DNA from: Candidatus Tethybacter castellensis
GTDB lineage: Bacteria; Pseudomonadota; Gammaproteobacteria; Tethybacterales; Tethybacteraceae
Direction: 5' to 3'
Length of the DNA: 64,000 bases
Assembly: GCA_036679665.1 (NCBI GenBank)
Contig: JAZHEJ010000041.1
Location: 1,860-65,859 of the forward strand
The number at the start of each line of letters is the position of its first letter. Positions within the stretch are counted from its first letter, which is position 1. Of the stretch, positions 13,044 to 23,630 are shown in pieces. A model generated the notes under the pieces. It was given only the letters and a program-made list of their open reading frames with translations, was not told the origin of the DNA and did not search any database. Position numbers and translations under genes: made by a program.

Positions 13044-14416
13044 GCGCGTTGCGTTTGCATAATTCGCTGACCGCCAAAATTGAAGAATTTGAGCCAGCGG
13101 GATCAACGGTAACAATGTATGTCTGCGGGCCTACCGTGTATGGACAGATGCATGTTGGCAATGCGCGTCCGGTAGTGGTGTTCGATGTGCTTTATCGACT
13201 GTTGCGCAAGCGGTACGGCAAAGTTGAGTACGCGCGCAATATCACCGATATAGACGACAAAATTATCGCGGCGGCGGCCCGGGAAAAAACCGATGTGAAG
13301 AGCTTGGCCACCAAATACGCGACGCAGTTTGAACAAGCCACTGTCGCATTGGGTAATCTACCGCCCACCCATCAGCCGAAGGCAACCGATCACATCGCGG
13401 GGATGATTGAGCTTGCCGGCAAGCTTGTTGCCAAAGGACATGCGTATGAATCGCAAGGCCATGTGCTGTTTGCGGTAAATACCTTTCCGGCTTATGGACA
13501 GTTGGCTAATCGCAGCACTGCGGACATGCTCGCAGGTGCTAGGGTGGAAGTGGCTCCGTACAAGCGCGATGCGGCAGATTTTGTACTGTGGAAACCGTCG
13601 GATCAGCAACAACCTGGTTGGGACAGTCCGTGGGGACGCGGCCGCCCGGGTTGGCATCTCGAATGTTCAGCGATGATCAAGGCTTGTCTGGGGACGGTAA
13701 TCGACATACATGGTGGTGGCCGGGATCTGGAGTTTCCTCATCATGAGAACGAAATTGCCCAAAGTTGCTGTGCATTCGGAAATGAACAGCTGGCAAGGTT
13801 TTGGTTGCATAACGGCCATGTAACCCAAGACGGGCGCAAGATGGCCAAGTCGGTTGGCAATTTCTCCTTGCTTAGCGAAGCGCTTTGCGAATATCCGGGT
13901 GAAGTAATCCGCTATGCGTTGCTTGCCACGCATTATCGTAAACCACTGGAATTCGGGCGCGAAGTGCTAGCTGCGGCTCGCGCGGGGCTAGATCGTCTGT
14001 ACCGCGCCTTGGTAGATGCGCAAGACACCGCAACTATTCGTACTGATAATCACGACGACGATAAATGTGAAGAAGCGTTACTTAATGATTTAAATACCCC
14101 GCAAGCGATAGCGGTGTTACACGGGTACGCGCACGATATCAACAGCACCTCAAAAAATGCCGCCGCTCAAGCTAGAAAAAAACTGCGCGATGGGGCAGCC
14201 GTGCTAGGCTTGCTTGGCCGGGATCCGCGCGCTTGGCTGCGCGATCTTGCCGATCCTGGAGTCAGCAGGGAATGGATAGAATCGGTATTGGAGCAAAGAG
14301 AGCGGGCGCGGGCTAAGGCCGATTATGCGACTGCTGACAGGTTGCGTGAAGAACTAGATCGCGTCGGCGTTGCGATTGAAGATACGGCAAAAAACACATC
14401 CTGGAGAAGAAAGTGA
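13040..14416 (+). CDS. cysS: cysteine--tRNA ligase
   Basis: It has a class I HIGH-type motif (HVGNARP), KMAKSVGN (the KMSKS motif) and a Zn-binding Cys. Confidence 0.93.
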   Translation: MSALRLHNSLTAKIEEFEPAGSTVTMYVCGPTVYGQMHVGNARPVVVFDVLYRLLRKRYGKVEYARNITDIDDKIIAAAAREKTDVKSLATKYATQFEQATVALGNLPPTHQPKATDHIAGMIELAGKLVAKGHAYESQGHVLFAVNTFPAYGQLANRSTADMLAGARVEVAPYKRDAADFVLWKPSDQQQPGWDSPWGRGRPGWHLECSAMIKACLGTVIDIHGGGRDLEFPHHENEIAQSCCAFGNEQLARFWLHNGHVTQDGRKMAKSVGNFSLLSEALCEYPGEVIRYALLATHYRKPLEFGREVLAAARAGLDRLYRALVDAQDTATIRTDNHDDDKCEEALLNDLNTPQAIAVLHGYAHDINSTSKNAAAQARKKLRDGAAVLGLLGRDPRAWLRDLADPGVSREWIESVLEQRERARAKADYATADRLREELDRVGVAIEDTAKNTSWRRK

Positions 14417-14658
14417 TCAGGCTGATGGTCGCTAAATCGCTGGTCTTTTTGATTCGCGGCTATCAACTGGTATTGTCCCCGGTAATGGGAGGCCAATGTC
14501 GGTTTTATCCAACCTGTTCAGAATACGCGCTTCAAGCGCTGGCTAGTCATGGAATAATGCGTGGAGCTATGCTCGCCGTATGGCGCATCCTGCGTTGCCA
14601 GCCTTTTTGTCAAGGCGGTTTTGATGAGGTTCCACCAGCCCGCGACAAAGCAGACTAG
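14413..14658 (+). CDS. yidD: membrane protein insertion efficiency factor YidD
   Basis: It has the YidD signature YQLVLSPVMGGQCRFYPTCSEYA. Its position after cysS is unusual, because yidD is more commonly found next to rnpA and yidC. Confidence 0.85.
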   Translation: MIRLMVAKSLVFLIRGYQLVLSPVMGGQCRFYPTCSEYALQALASHGIMRGAMLAVWRILRCQPFCQGGFDEVPPARDKAD

Positions 14659-15368
14659 GTTGATAGTTGGTCGCGTAGTTCTAGCAAGCTTTGGCGCGGA
14701 CTGGCACTATTGAGAATTGTGCGACCTACCACCACAAAATTTGCTCCCATCTGAGAGGCTTCCGCAATTGTTGCGGTACGAGCTTGGTCGTCGCGCGGCG
14801 CTGCCAACGCACGAATGCCAGGAGTGATAATTGTTAATTGATCACCTAATGTCTCACGCACCGCGGACGCCTCGTGCGCAGAACATACCACCCCTTGACA
14901 ACCGATATCGTGCGCGAGTTTGGCTTTTGCAACGACATATTGTTCAGGCGACCCCGCGTATCCTGAATCGTGCAGTTCTTGCGCACTTGTACTAGTTAGC
15001 AACGTTACCGCAAAAATATCCATGGCCCCGGCGTTGGCAACAGCGGCGCTAAGAGCGGCCCGGTGGGCATGAACCGTTAAGGCCGAAGCGCCCATGTCCG
15101 CTAACTTGGCAGTCGCTTTGCCTACCGTTGCCGGAATATCAAGCAACTTAAGATCAATTAGCACCGCCATATCTTGGGCGAGAATTTTGTGACTTAGTTG
15201 TGCTCCTTCTCCTGCGGCAAAAAGTTCAAGGCCTATTTTGTAATACTTGCATATATCACCAATCTGTTCTTGCAGTGCGCTAGCGTTCTTGGCAGTCGGC
15301 AAATCAAGCGCGACGATGATTTCAGTTGTAGTATTTTTTGTAAAACGTAATGTCATCAAAGATGACAA
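14655..15368 (-). CDS. pyrF: orotidine-5'-phosphate decarboxylase
   Basis: It has the motifs IVALDLP and KIGLELF, with the DLKLLDIP active-site Lys region. Confidence 0.85.
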   Translation of the reverse strand: MSSLMTLRFTKNTTTEIIVALDLPTAKNASALQEQIGDICKYYKIGLELFAAGEGAQLSHKILAQDMAVLIDLKLLDIPATVGKATAKLADMGASALTVHAHRAALSAAVANAGAMDIFAVTLLTSTSAQELHDSGYAGSPEQYVVAKAKLAHDIGCQGVVCSAHEASAVRETLGDQLTIITPGIRALAAPRDDQARTATIAEASQMGANFVVVGRTILNSASPRQSLLELRDQLST

Positions 15369-15591
15369 AGTATAAGCTAGCTATAAAATATACCCACAAC
15401 TATTTTGTATAATTAGATAGTTGCTACTTTGCTGATGGTAAGTTTTTAGCGCAAAACATATTTTTGCTATGCAGTTTAAAAGTATATTTCGTGTGTGTTA
15501 ATTTCCAATTTATCTATGCTAATATAACAACATCTGCTAAAATTTAGTAAAATTATGTTATCATCCTAACTGCATCTCAGGAGGCTAAGTA

Positions 15592-17439
15592 ATGAATCAA
15601 TGGAAAAATGTCAGTGTACTGATGACTGTATGCGGTGTACTTTTATCGGGTTGCGGTGCGTCGCAGTTCGAATTTGATACGAAGGCTCATATATCACAGG
15701 AGAGAGTCGCGACGGATGAACCGGTAGTCCCGGTTGATGTACCGGATTTGGTTGGTACCCAGGCTTCACTTCCGGAGTTGTCATATGAAGGTCCAGCGGA
15801 TCTTTTTGACGTTATCGTCGAGCATGTAAGCGTAAGAACAGTGTTGCTGACACTTGCTGACCAGGCACAGCTTAATCTTGATATTGATCCATTTGTTGAC
15901 GGTCCGATTACATTGAACGCCAGAGGACAAACTATAGACCAGATTTTGGACAGAGTACGCAGGTCGCTTAAGCTTCGCATTGAGAGAATAGGCGAAACGA
16001 TAGTGGTGGCCAACGACGAAAGGTATGTCAAGCAATATTACATGACTTTTCCAGATCTTGCCAGAACGTTTTCATCTGAAGCGGAAGGTGATGCTGCATC
16101 CTCCGGAAGCGGCAGTCTAGGAACATCAACCATTACAGTTGATAAAGAAGGCTCCGGCTCGGTTTGGTTAGATTTAGAAGAAGCGCTTGAAGCGGTACTT
16201 GAAGGTGTTGAATATGCCGATCAAGCTACGGAGATAGGCCCCTATGATGACGGAGATAATTCCGATCGAGTAGAAGCGCTACAAGAATTGGCAGATCGTA
16301 CACCTATATTTGATGAATTAGAAAGCTTTGTGCACATGCTTCCAGATGCGGGTCTGATTATCGTCTACGGTAATACTTTGCAGCAGGAGCTAGCATCCGG
16401 TATTATCTCAACAGTAACCGAAGCTTCGCGCAGGCAGGTGCTTTTGCAAGCTACGGTTGTTGAAATTTCATTAAATAATGATTACCAGCAAGGCATTGAC
16501 TGGTCAATTTTTAACGGTGCAAACACACATCCGAAATTAACCCAAGGGGCGGGTCGTTTAGGTAATTTGTCACCGCGACCGACTGTAGAACTTTTAGAAG
16601 CCGAGCGTAATTATTTAGAAACTCTTTTTGGAGATGACAACGAAGACGCGGTAAACGCATCATTACAAACTTTTGCAGATAGCTTCCAAGGGCAGGCTAG
16701 CGGAGCGGGCGTTGGCGGATTTTTCAACTCGGCGGTTTCTATAGGCGATGTTGATATTGCAATATCGCTACTTGACAGATTTGGCGATACCCGTGTCGTT
16801 TCAAGCCCGCGGATCAGTACACTTAATGGTCAAGGTGCACTATTGAAAGTAGTAGAAGATCGTATTTACTTTACTGTGGAAGTAACTCGCGAGCGTGATG
16901 ATTCAGGTGTTGAGACCACAACTTTTGAAGTAGAAGAAGAAGTTATACCGATAGGGTTTGTGCTTTCAGTTTATCCTCAAATTGGAACCGACGGAACAAT
17001 CATTCTTTATATAAGGCCGAGTGTTTCAAGAGTCGTGGGTACGGCTACGCCCCCGACGGTAGGCAATCCTGAACAAGTTGAAGCCGGGGCCACTGGTATC
17101 CCTATTCTTAGTGTTAAAGAAATTGAAACGTTATTGTTGCTAAATGACGGTCAGACTGCGGTTTTAGGTGGTCTTATCGAAGATCAGTTACAAGACAGTG
17201 ATAGGGGAGTACCCGGGGCCAAAGATATTCCAGGAATCGGTAACTTTTTTAAGAATAAAAGCGAGTCTTCGCGTCGAGTTGAATATGTGATTTTTGTTTC
17301 TGCGAATATTGTCACCAATCCAAGCATATATGGAGATTACAGCGATTTTCGCGACTTACTACCTAGCGATGAGACTTTCCAGCGTGATAACACCGGCAAT
17401 TTTTTCAAAAAAGCAGTGGCCGACGTTCCGCGCAACTAA
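15592..17439 (+). CDS. lipoprotein secretin (MshL-type T4P/T2SS secretin)
   Basis: It has a lipobox (LLSGCGAS) and a conserved secretin C-domain (VVSSPRISTLNGQGALL...GIPILSVKEIETLL...DIPGIGNFF). Confidence 0.8.
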   Translation: MNQWKNVSVLMTVCGVLLSGCGASQFEFDTKAHISQERVATDEPVVPVDVPDLVGTQASLPELSYEGPADLFDVIVEHVSVRTVLLTLADQAQLNLDIDPFVDGPITLNARGQTIDQILDRVRRSLKLRIERIGETIVVANDERYVKQYYMTFPDLARTFSSEAEGDAASSGSGSLGTSTITVDKEGSGSVWLDLEEALEAVLEGVEYADQATEIGPYDDGDNSDRVEALQELADRTPIFDELESFVHMLPDAGLIIVYGNTLQQELASGIISTVTEASRRQVLLQATVVEISLNNDYQQGIDWSIFNGANTHPKLTQGAGRLGNLSPRPTVELLEAERNYLETLFGDDNEDAVNASLQTFADSFQGQASGAGVGGFFNSAVSIGDVDIAISLLDRFGDTRVVSSPRISTLNGQGALLKVVEDRIYFTVEVTRERDDSGVETTTFEVEEEVIPIGFVLSVYPQIGTDGTIILYIRPSVSRVVGTATPPTVGNPEQVEAGATGIPILSVKEIETLLLLNDGQTAVLGGLIEDQLQDSDRGVPGAKDIPGIGNFFKNKSESSRRVEYVIFVSANIVTNPSIYGDYSDFRDLLPSDETFQRDNTGNFFKKAVADVPRN

Positions 17440-17469
17440 TTTGAGTATTGATCTGTCCGGAAGAAAAAT

Positions 17470-18945
17470 ATGAGTCTCTTATTAAAAGCATTAGAAAAGT
17501 CTGAACAGGATAAAGAAGGCGAAGCAAGCAAGGCGCCCGCCGCCAAGGAAGGAGCCGCCGGTGGTATGAAATTAGCTGGTGGCGACACACAGGCTCGACC
17601 TTCAAAACTTAGTTCGGCGCTTTCTAGCAAGAAGACTGATGAAGCTCAAGCCGGCAGAGTTGTATCCGCATATGAACAAGGCGAGACAACTTTTGATGAT
17701 GCGGTAGTAAAAGCTGCTAAGCAAGCAAGAAACCGCAATATTTTTGTTTACTCGATAGTTTTTGTGTTGGCAATAGGCGGTTATTTTGCTTATCAGCGTT
17801 TTGCACCGCAGTTCATATCACAACAGACACCCGATACAGTGGCTGATTCTGGAGCATCTACCAGCCCAGCTGATTCAGTATCAGCTGATGTGGATATAGA
17901 AGCTAATCTTTTACCGCTTTCAGATCCTTTATACGATATCCAAGAAAGTATTATTCTTGCTTCGACTGGTACTGGAGCCGATGGATCAGGTGAATCAGCA
18001 GGTGCTAACAATAATATAGCGGACAATATTCAGCAGCTGGTAACTGATATTTTAGAAGCACAGGTCGAATCTGAGGGCGCGGCAAGTGAAGCGGCCGCCG
18101 CACTACTTCAAGAAGAAGAAATCGATCCTTTGACAGAATTGCTCAATGCGGAATTTGACATTGAAGCAGCATCAGAAATTGATACCACATCAGATATGCT
18201 AGCTAGACTAGAGGAGCTAGGACAAGTGAGGCCTTTATCCTCTGATGGCAAATACTTTGTGAAGCCTTCTTCTGTATCGTTAGAAGAAGCTATTGATAAT
18301 ACTAGTAATGAAGTTGAAGAACCCGTACGGGAGCAACCGGTTCTGATTGCCAAGCAAGATAATACTTTTAAAGATCTGATGCAGCAAGGTGCAAATAGTT
18401 ATCAGACAGGAAACTATAATTCAGCGGAAAACGCATTTAGAACTATTATCGCCAGAGAGCCACAAAACTCGCAAGCTCTATTAGGCCTTGCCAAAGTACA
18501 TCAGGCACGAGGAAGCACTAGACTTGCTGTTGCAACCTTACTTAAAGCGGCAGAATATTCACCAGATAATCCGACGATAATCGGTGAGTTGATATCCTTG
18601 CAATCATCTTCAGCCGATCCATTGATTGCTCGAAATAGTATCAGTGTTCTTCTAACTAAGACAGACAATCCCATTTCTCAATCTAGGTTGCTGTTTGTTT
18701 TAGGTACGATTTATGCCAAACAACAAGATTGGCTTGGTGCAAAAACGGCGTTTTTTGAGGCAAATACGCTTGACAGATCGAATCCAGATGTTGCATATAA
18801 TTTGGCTGTTGTCCTAGATTATCTAAATGAATCGAATAACGCCATAGATGCTTACCAACATGCTCTTGATGTTGCGGAACGTTTACCGAGTTCGTTTGAT
18901 CATGATGTGGTAAGAAAACGAATTTCACAACTTGAAGCCAAATAG
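17470..18945 (+). CDS. TPR-repeat bitopic protein (MshN-like pilus biogenesis factor)
   Basis: It has a single TM helix (IFVYSIVFVLAIGGYFAY), an acidic linker and C-terminal TPR repeats. It lies between the secretin gene and the ATPase gene. Confidence 0.55.
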   Translation: MSLLLKALEKSEQDKEGEASKAPAAKEGAAGGMKLAGGDTQARPSKLSSALSSKKTDEAQAGRVVSAYEQGETTFDDAVVKAAKQARNRNIFVYSIVFVLAIGGYFAYQRFAPQFISQQTPDTVADSGASTSPADSVSADVDIEANLLPLSDPLYDIQESIILASTGTGADGSGESAGANNNIADNIQQLVTDILEAQVESEGAASEAAAALLQEEEIDPLTELLNAEFDIEAASEIDTTSDMLARLEELGQVRPLSSDGKYFVKPSSVSLEEAIDNTSNEVEEPVREQPVLIAKQDNTFKDLMQQGANSYQTGNYNSAENAFRTIIAREPQNSQALLGLAKVHQARGSTRLAVATLLKAAEYSPDNPTIIGELISLQSSSADPLIARNSISVLLTKTDNPISQSRLLFVLGTIYAKQQDWLGAKTAFFEANTLDRSNPDVAYNLAVVLDYLNESNNAIDAYQHALDVAERLPSSFDHDVVRKRISQLEAK

Positions 18946-18954
18946 GAGAATGCT

Positions 18955-20736
18955 ATGGGGATAACTGATTTTGAAAGCAGTCTCGGTACTACGGTTCCTT
19001 TAGGAGAGCGTCTGCTTGAAAAAGGAGTACTGTCTGAAGATCAGTTGCGCATCGCGTTACTTGAGCAAGAGACTTCCCAGGAGACCATTGGCAGGGTATT
19101 GGTCAATTTAGGGTTCGTAACCGAGGCGACAATACGAGATGTTCTTAGTGAGGCGCAAGGTGCAGAAACAGTCGATCTGCGACAAATCAACGTGGATCCT
19201 GATGCGCTCAAACTCATACCGATGGAGATTGCCAAACGGTACAACGTATTACCGTTTGCGTTAAACGGTTCTGAGTTAACAATCGCAGTTGCCAATCCCA
19301 ACGATCTGATCATATTCGAACAAATCCGTTCGATGCTAGCGGCAGAAGTAGATTTACGGCTTAAAGTGGCTAGTGAATCTGACATCGGACGGGCCGTTGA
19401 CGAATACTATGGACTTGAGTTGACGATTGACGGTATTCTAGCGGAAATTGAAAGTGGCGAGGCTGATGTGGCGGTATCATCTTTACAGTCTGATTCTGCG
19501 ACAGCAGGCCATCCTATTGTTAGATTAGTGAACGCGTTTCTTAGTGATGGCGTAAAGCGTGTAGCTTCGGATATCCATTTTGAACCGGAGCAGAGTTTTT
19601 TGCGCGTACGTTATCGCATTGATGGAGTTTTAAGGCAGGTTAGAAGCTTGCATAGTAGTTATTGGGATGCAATGTCAGTACGTTTAAAAGTCATGGCCGA
19701 CATGAATATTGCTGAAAGTCGCCAGCCCCAAGATGGCAAAATCAGTATGACTTTGTATGGACATACGGTGGATTTTCGTGTTGCGTCTCAACCAACAGCC
19801 CACGGCGAAAATTTTGTTCTAAGAATTCTTGACCAGCAAAAAAGTATCGTTCCAATCAATTCATTGGGCCTCAATGAAGAATGCCTAAGAATGGTGGAAT
19901 TAATGATGGCTCAGCCCAATGGAATTTTGCTTGTCACGGGACCGACAGGAAGCGGCAAGACCACGACCTTGTATTCATTTCTCAATCATATGAATTCCGA
20001 ATCAGTCAATATTATGACACTCGAAGATCCGATTGAGTATCCAATGCATATGATTAGGCAATCTTCGGTAAGTGAATCAACCAAGATGGACTGGGCATCT
20101 GGCATCAAATCAATATTGCGCCAAGATCCGGATATCATTCTCATCGGTGAGATTAGGGATAATGAAACGGCAGATATGGCATTGCGCGCAGCAATGACCG
20201 GACACCAAGTATTGACTACTTTACATACCAATTCTGCTATCGGTGTTATTCCGAGACTGCTAGATATGGGCGTTTTGCCTGATATTTTAGCTGGGAATGT
20301 GATTGGGGTTATCGCCCAACGTTTAATTCGTCGTTTGTGTCCCAACTGTAAGACGCAGAGGATTGCTGAAGGTGATGAAGTTCTTGTACTTTCGCATTTC
20401 GTGGATAACCCAAGCGAAGTAGGCGTGTTTCAGCCTGTTGGGTGTAGTCAGTGCGAGTACCAAGGTTACCGTGGTCGGATTGCGATCATGGAACTTATGA
20501 AATTTACTGAAGAAGTGGATGAACTGGTCGCATCTAGGGCAAGCATCAGAGATATTAGAGATACCGCGGAAGAATTAGGGACTTATATCGGTCTTGCAAA
20601 TAGTGCGGTTGAGAAGGTATTGTATGGCGAAACTTCTATCGAAGAGGTCTCGCGGGTGGTAGATATCACTAAATACATTGTTGCTGCGCAAATTAAAGCG
20701 GAACAGTCAGCGGCGGGTACCGAGGCGTCTGTCTAG
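18955..20736 (+). CDS. MshE/GspE-family pilus assembly ATPase with N-terminal MshEN c-di-GMP-binding domain
   Basis: It has two 24-aa MshEN motifs (LGERLLEKGVLSEDQLRIALLEQ and IGRVLVNLGFVTEATIRDVLSEAQ), a Walker A motif (GPTGSGKTT), Asp and His boxes and a C-terminal tetracysteine (CPNC...CSQC). Confidence 0.9.
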   Translation: MGITDFESSLGTTVPLGERLLEKGVLSEDQLRIALLEQETSQETIGRVLVNLGFVTEATIRDVLSEAQGAETVDLRQINVDPDALKLIPMEIAKRYNVLPFALNGSELTIAVANPNDLIIFEQIRSMLAAEVDLRLKVASESDIGRAVDEYYGLELTIDGILAEIESGEADVAVSSLQSDSATAGHPIVRLVNAFLSDGVKRVASDIHFEPEQSFLRVRYRIDGVLRQVRSLHSSYWDAMSVRLKVMADMNIAESRQPQDGKISMTLYGHTVDFRVASQPTAHGENFVLRILDQQKSIVPINSLGLNEECLRMVELMMAQPNGILLVTGPTGSGKTTTLYSFLNHMNSESVNIMTLEDPIEYPMHMIRQSSVSESTKMDWASGIKSILRQDPDIILIGEIRDNETADMALRAAMTGHQVLTTLHTNSAIGVIPRLLDMGVLPDILAGNVIGVIAQRLIRRLCPNCKTQRIAEGDEVLVLSHFVDNPSEVGVFQPVGCSQCEYQGYRGRIAIMELMKFTEEVDELVASRASIRDIRDTAEELGTYIGLANSAVEKVLYGETSIEEVSRVVDITKYIVAAQIKAEQSAAGTEASV

Positions 20737-20765
20737 TATAATAAAGATTAAGGAATCTTTGTCTT

Positions 20766-21968
20766 ATGTCGGTATATAAATATGTAGCGATCAATCAATC
20801 TGGCCAAACTATTAAAGGTCAGCTAGACGCAATTGATCGTAAGGAGTTTGACCTTAAGCTAGCTAAGCTAGGCTTGGAGCCAATCCAAGTTCGCCAGCAA
20901 AGACTTGGAGCGATAGCATTATTTCAGCCGGGAATAGGTAAGGAAGAACTGTCGCAGTTTTGTTTTTACCTTGAACAGCTTGTCAAAAGCGGTGTTCCGT
21001 TGATTGAGGGACTTACCGATTTGCGAGATTCGGTGGAGAACAAGGGTTTGCGCAACGTAACGAGTCTTGTAATCCAAGAAGTTGAATCTGGAACAACTTT
21101 ATCTAACGCTCTCAAAAAATACCCTAGATATTTTGACGATGTCTTTGTGGCTTTGATTTCTGCCGGCGAACAATCAGGTGAGCTTGCGAGGGTGTTAAAT
21201 TCCTTGGGTGAGACGATACGCTGGGGCGAGGAAATGGCCAAGCGGACACGTAAGGTATTCATGTATCCAATTTTCGCATTGGTGGTTATTTGCGCCGCTG
21301 GTGGATTTTTGATGGTAGAGGTTGTCCCGCCCATGACCGAAGTCATAACAGGACTAGGTGGGGAATTACCTCCAGCCACAATCGCTTTAATTGCCACGTC
21401 TGAATTCATTCAAGCATATTGGACTTTAATCCTTGCATTTCCATTTATTGCTTATGTTGCTATAAAGCTGTTAGTACTTTCACTACCTGGCATTGACATG
21501 GTTGTTGATCGATTGAAGATCAGGACTCCAATTTTCGGTGTAGTAACAGAAAAAATCATTCTTTCTCGCTTCGCCAATACTTTTGGCATGCTATACAGTT
21601 CAGGTGTCAGTGTTGTTGAAGCGTTGAAGATCGCCGAAGATACGCTGGGCAATCGGTTTATGCAACGTTCAGTGTCAAATATTACTCAAGAAATAGTAAA
21701 TGGTAAGGCACTTTCCACATCTTTTGCTGAATCAGGAATTTTTCCGCCGCTTGTCATGAGAATGATGAAACTCGGCGAAACGACTGGTGGTGTGGATAAC
21801 GCGATGTTGCAGATCAAGTATTACTATGATAAGGATGCTGCCGAAGCTATTGGAAAGGCGCAAGCAGCAATTGGTCCTCTACTCATGCTTGTTCTTGCCA
21901 GTTTGCTTATTTGGATTATTTTAGCAATTTATGGTCCGTTATACGACCTGTTCAGCCAAATAAACTAG
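20766..21968 (+). CDS. GspF/PilC/MshG-family inner-membrane platform protein
   Basis: It has the duplicated GspF-domain organisation with 3 TM segments, and it follows the ATPase gene. Confidence 0.85.
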   Translation: MSVYKYVAINQSGQTIKGQLDAIDRKEFDLKLAKLGLEPIQVRQQRLGAIALFQPGIGKEELSQFCFYLEQLVKSGVPLIEGLTDLRDSVENKGLRNVTSLVIQEVESGTTLSNALKKYPRYFDDVFVALISAGEQSGELARVLNSLGETIRWGEEMAKRTRKVFMYPIFALVVICAAGGFLMVEVVPPMTEVITGLGGELPPATIALIATSEFIQAYWTLILAFPFIAYVAIKLLVLSLPGIDMVVDRLKIRTPIFGVVTEKIILSRFANTFGMLYSSGVSVVEALKIAEDTLGNRFMQRSVSNITQEIVNGKALSTSFAESGIFPPLVMRMMKLGETTGGVDNAMLQIKYYYDKDAAEAIGKAQAAIGPLLMLVLASLLIWIILAIYGPLYDLFSQIN

Positions 21969-21977
21969 GGAGGTATA

Positions 21978-23615
21978 ATGAACATAGCGTTACCAGCAGC
22001 ATTATGGCAATTCGAGCGTTTAGCGTTAGTTGTTAGCGAGACCAGGTGCGTTTTGGTAAGTTGGAAAAAGGGTTCTTTTACCAAATTGGGTGAGTTTGTC
22101 AACGATACGCAGGGCATTCAGGAATTCAGTCATTTTCTTAAGCGCGAAGCTTCTAAGTTCAAAGGCCAGACAATCAATGTCATGGTAAGTGTGGTTGGGG
22201 AAGACTATCGCTTTGAAAAGGTTGCACATTTAGTCGGCAAATACCGTACCGACATGCTCAAACGTAGATTTCAGCAGTTGTTTCGTGGAACTACATACCA
22301 TATCGCTGTTCCGCAAGGTCGCGAATCGATCGGTCGGCGCCAGGATTTGGTTTTGTTTTGCGGTATATTGAGCAACGAAAAAATTCAGCCGTGGGTGCGC
22401 GAATTAACGCGCATTGGAATGAATCTTGCCGGTGTACATCTTTCTTCTCTTATTACCGGTTTGATATACAAGCATATCGTTAGTTCCGATGCTGAAGGCA
22501 TGCAGGTGGTATCCATGTGTGTGGAAGACAATAGTATTCGTCACAGCTTTTTTGTTGATGGTAAGTTGCGTTTTAGTAGAATGAGTCGTTTGCGTGACAA
22601 CTCAACGGCTGAGGATGTATTTCGCTCAGTTCGCAATGAGATCGAGAAAACTGTACAATATTTAACTAGTATCAGAATTGTGCAGGGAAACACTAAAATT
22701 AGTGCTCATGTAGTTTGTGCTGATGATATTTATGAAGAAATTTATAATTTCTGTACGCAAGCAGAAGGTGGAAGGGTATCTTATTTTGCTGATTCAGGAC
22801 GCGAATTATGCGTTAAGCTAGGTATCAAAAAAGCTATTGACTCTTATGGTAGGGATTCAACTCCCGTAGTCAATGAGATGTTACGGTTAGTATTTTTTAA
22901 CCAACTCGCACCGCTTGAACAAATTAGATATTATATAGCTAAGATGACTGCCATAATCGCTTGTGTTGCTTTGGGTGTTTGGGGATCGTTTAATATTTTG
23001 AATGACGGAATTTCGTATCTTGGCACCTACGGAAGATACACATCCGAGAATGGTGATCTACAACAAGAAATTGCGGGGTTAAGTTCTAACTACGATGAAT
23101 TAGTGAGCGGGTTTGTGTCACCGCCCTCAACCATTGAGAATATGCGAGCTTCAGTAAACTTTCTTAACGTGGTAAATCGTAGTAATTTTAATCCGGGCAA
23201 AATGATGTTGTTTGTTAGCAAACTTTTACAAGTTGCGCCAGCATTGGAGATAGATGCGTTAAATTGGTATTTGACTGCCGATAGTGAAGGCGGCCCAGGC
23301 AGTTTTTCTTTCGTAAGTAGTGACACGGTTTTCGAAGTACTTGAGATAAGAGGTAAATTGACTTCAAACATAAGACCGGAGCTCGCCTTTGAACAGTATA
23401 GTAATTTCGCTGATGCTGTCAATAGCAGAATTGATATGCAATTCATTGTAAGTGTAGAACCTTCGTTAGTGCAAGCTGATGGTGAATTAAGTGGTAGCGT
23501 TGATAGGAGAACTGACGTTAGGTCCCAACTAAACGCTTATACAAATGATGAATTTACCGCTAAAATTGTATGGGATCCATCTTATCTTGACAACCTTAAC
23601 GAAACTACAAACTAG
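21978..23615 (+). CDS. putative PilM-PilN-like fusion (MshI-like) assembly protein
   Basis: It is 545 aa with a single TM helix around aa 320-340 (IIACVALGVWGSFNIL). It sits directly after the platform gene. The assignment is by analogy only. Confidence 0.4.
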   Translation: MNIALPAALWQFERLALVVSETRCVLVSWKKGSFTKLGEFVNDTQGIQEFSHFLKREASKFKGQTINVMVSVVGEDYRFEKVAHLVGKYRTDMLKRRFQQLFRGTTYHIAVPQGRESIGRRQDLVLFCGILSNEKIQPWVRELTRIGMNLAGVHLSSLITGLIYKHIVSSDAEGMQVVSMCVEDNSIRHSFFVDGKLRFSRMSRLRDNSTAEDVFRSVRNEIEKTVQYLTSIRIVQGNTKISAHVVCADDIYEEIYNFCTQAEGGRVSYFADSGRELCVKLGIKKAIDSYGRDSTPVVNEMLRLVFFNQLAPLEQIRYYIAKMTAIIACVALGVWGSFNILNDGISYLGTYGRYTSENGDLQQEIAGLSSNYDELVSGFVSPPSTIENMRASVNFLNVVNRSNFNPGKMMLFVSKLLQVAPALEIDALNWYLTADSEGGPGSFSFVSSDTVFEVLEIRGKLTSNIRPELAFEQYSNFADAVNSRIDMQFIVSVEPSLVQADGELSGSVDRRTDVRSQLNAYTNDEFTAKIVWDPSYLDNLNETTN

Positions 23616-23630
23616 GCAGTAACAAACCTT

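Noticed and set aside
15369-15591. Sigma-54 (-24/-12) promoter upstream of the secretin gene
   Set aside because: A TTGCT element is present, but no GG sits at the required 11-nt upstream spacing, so it was not called.
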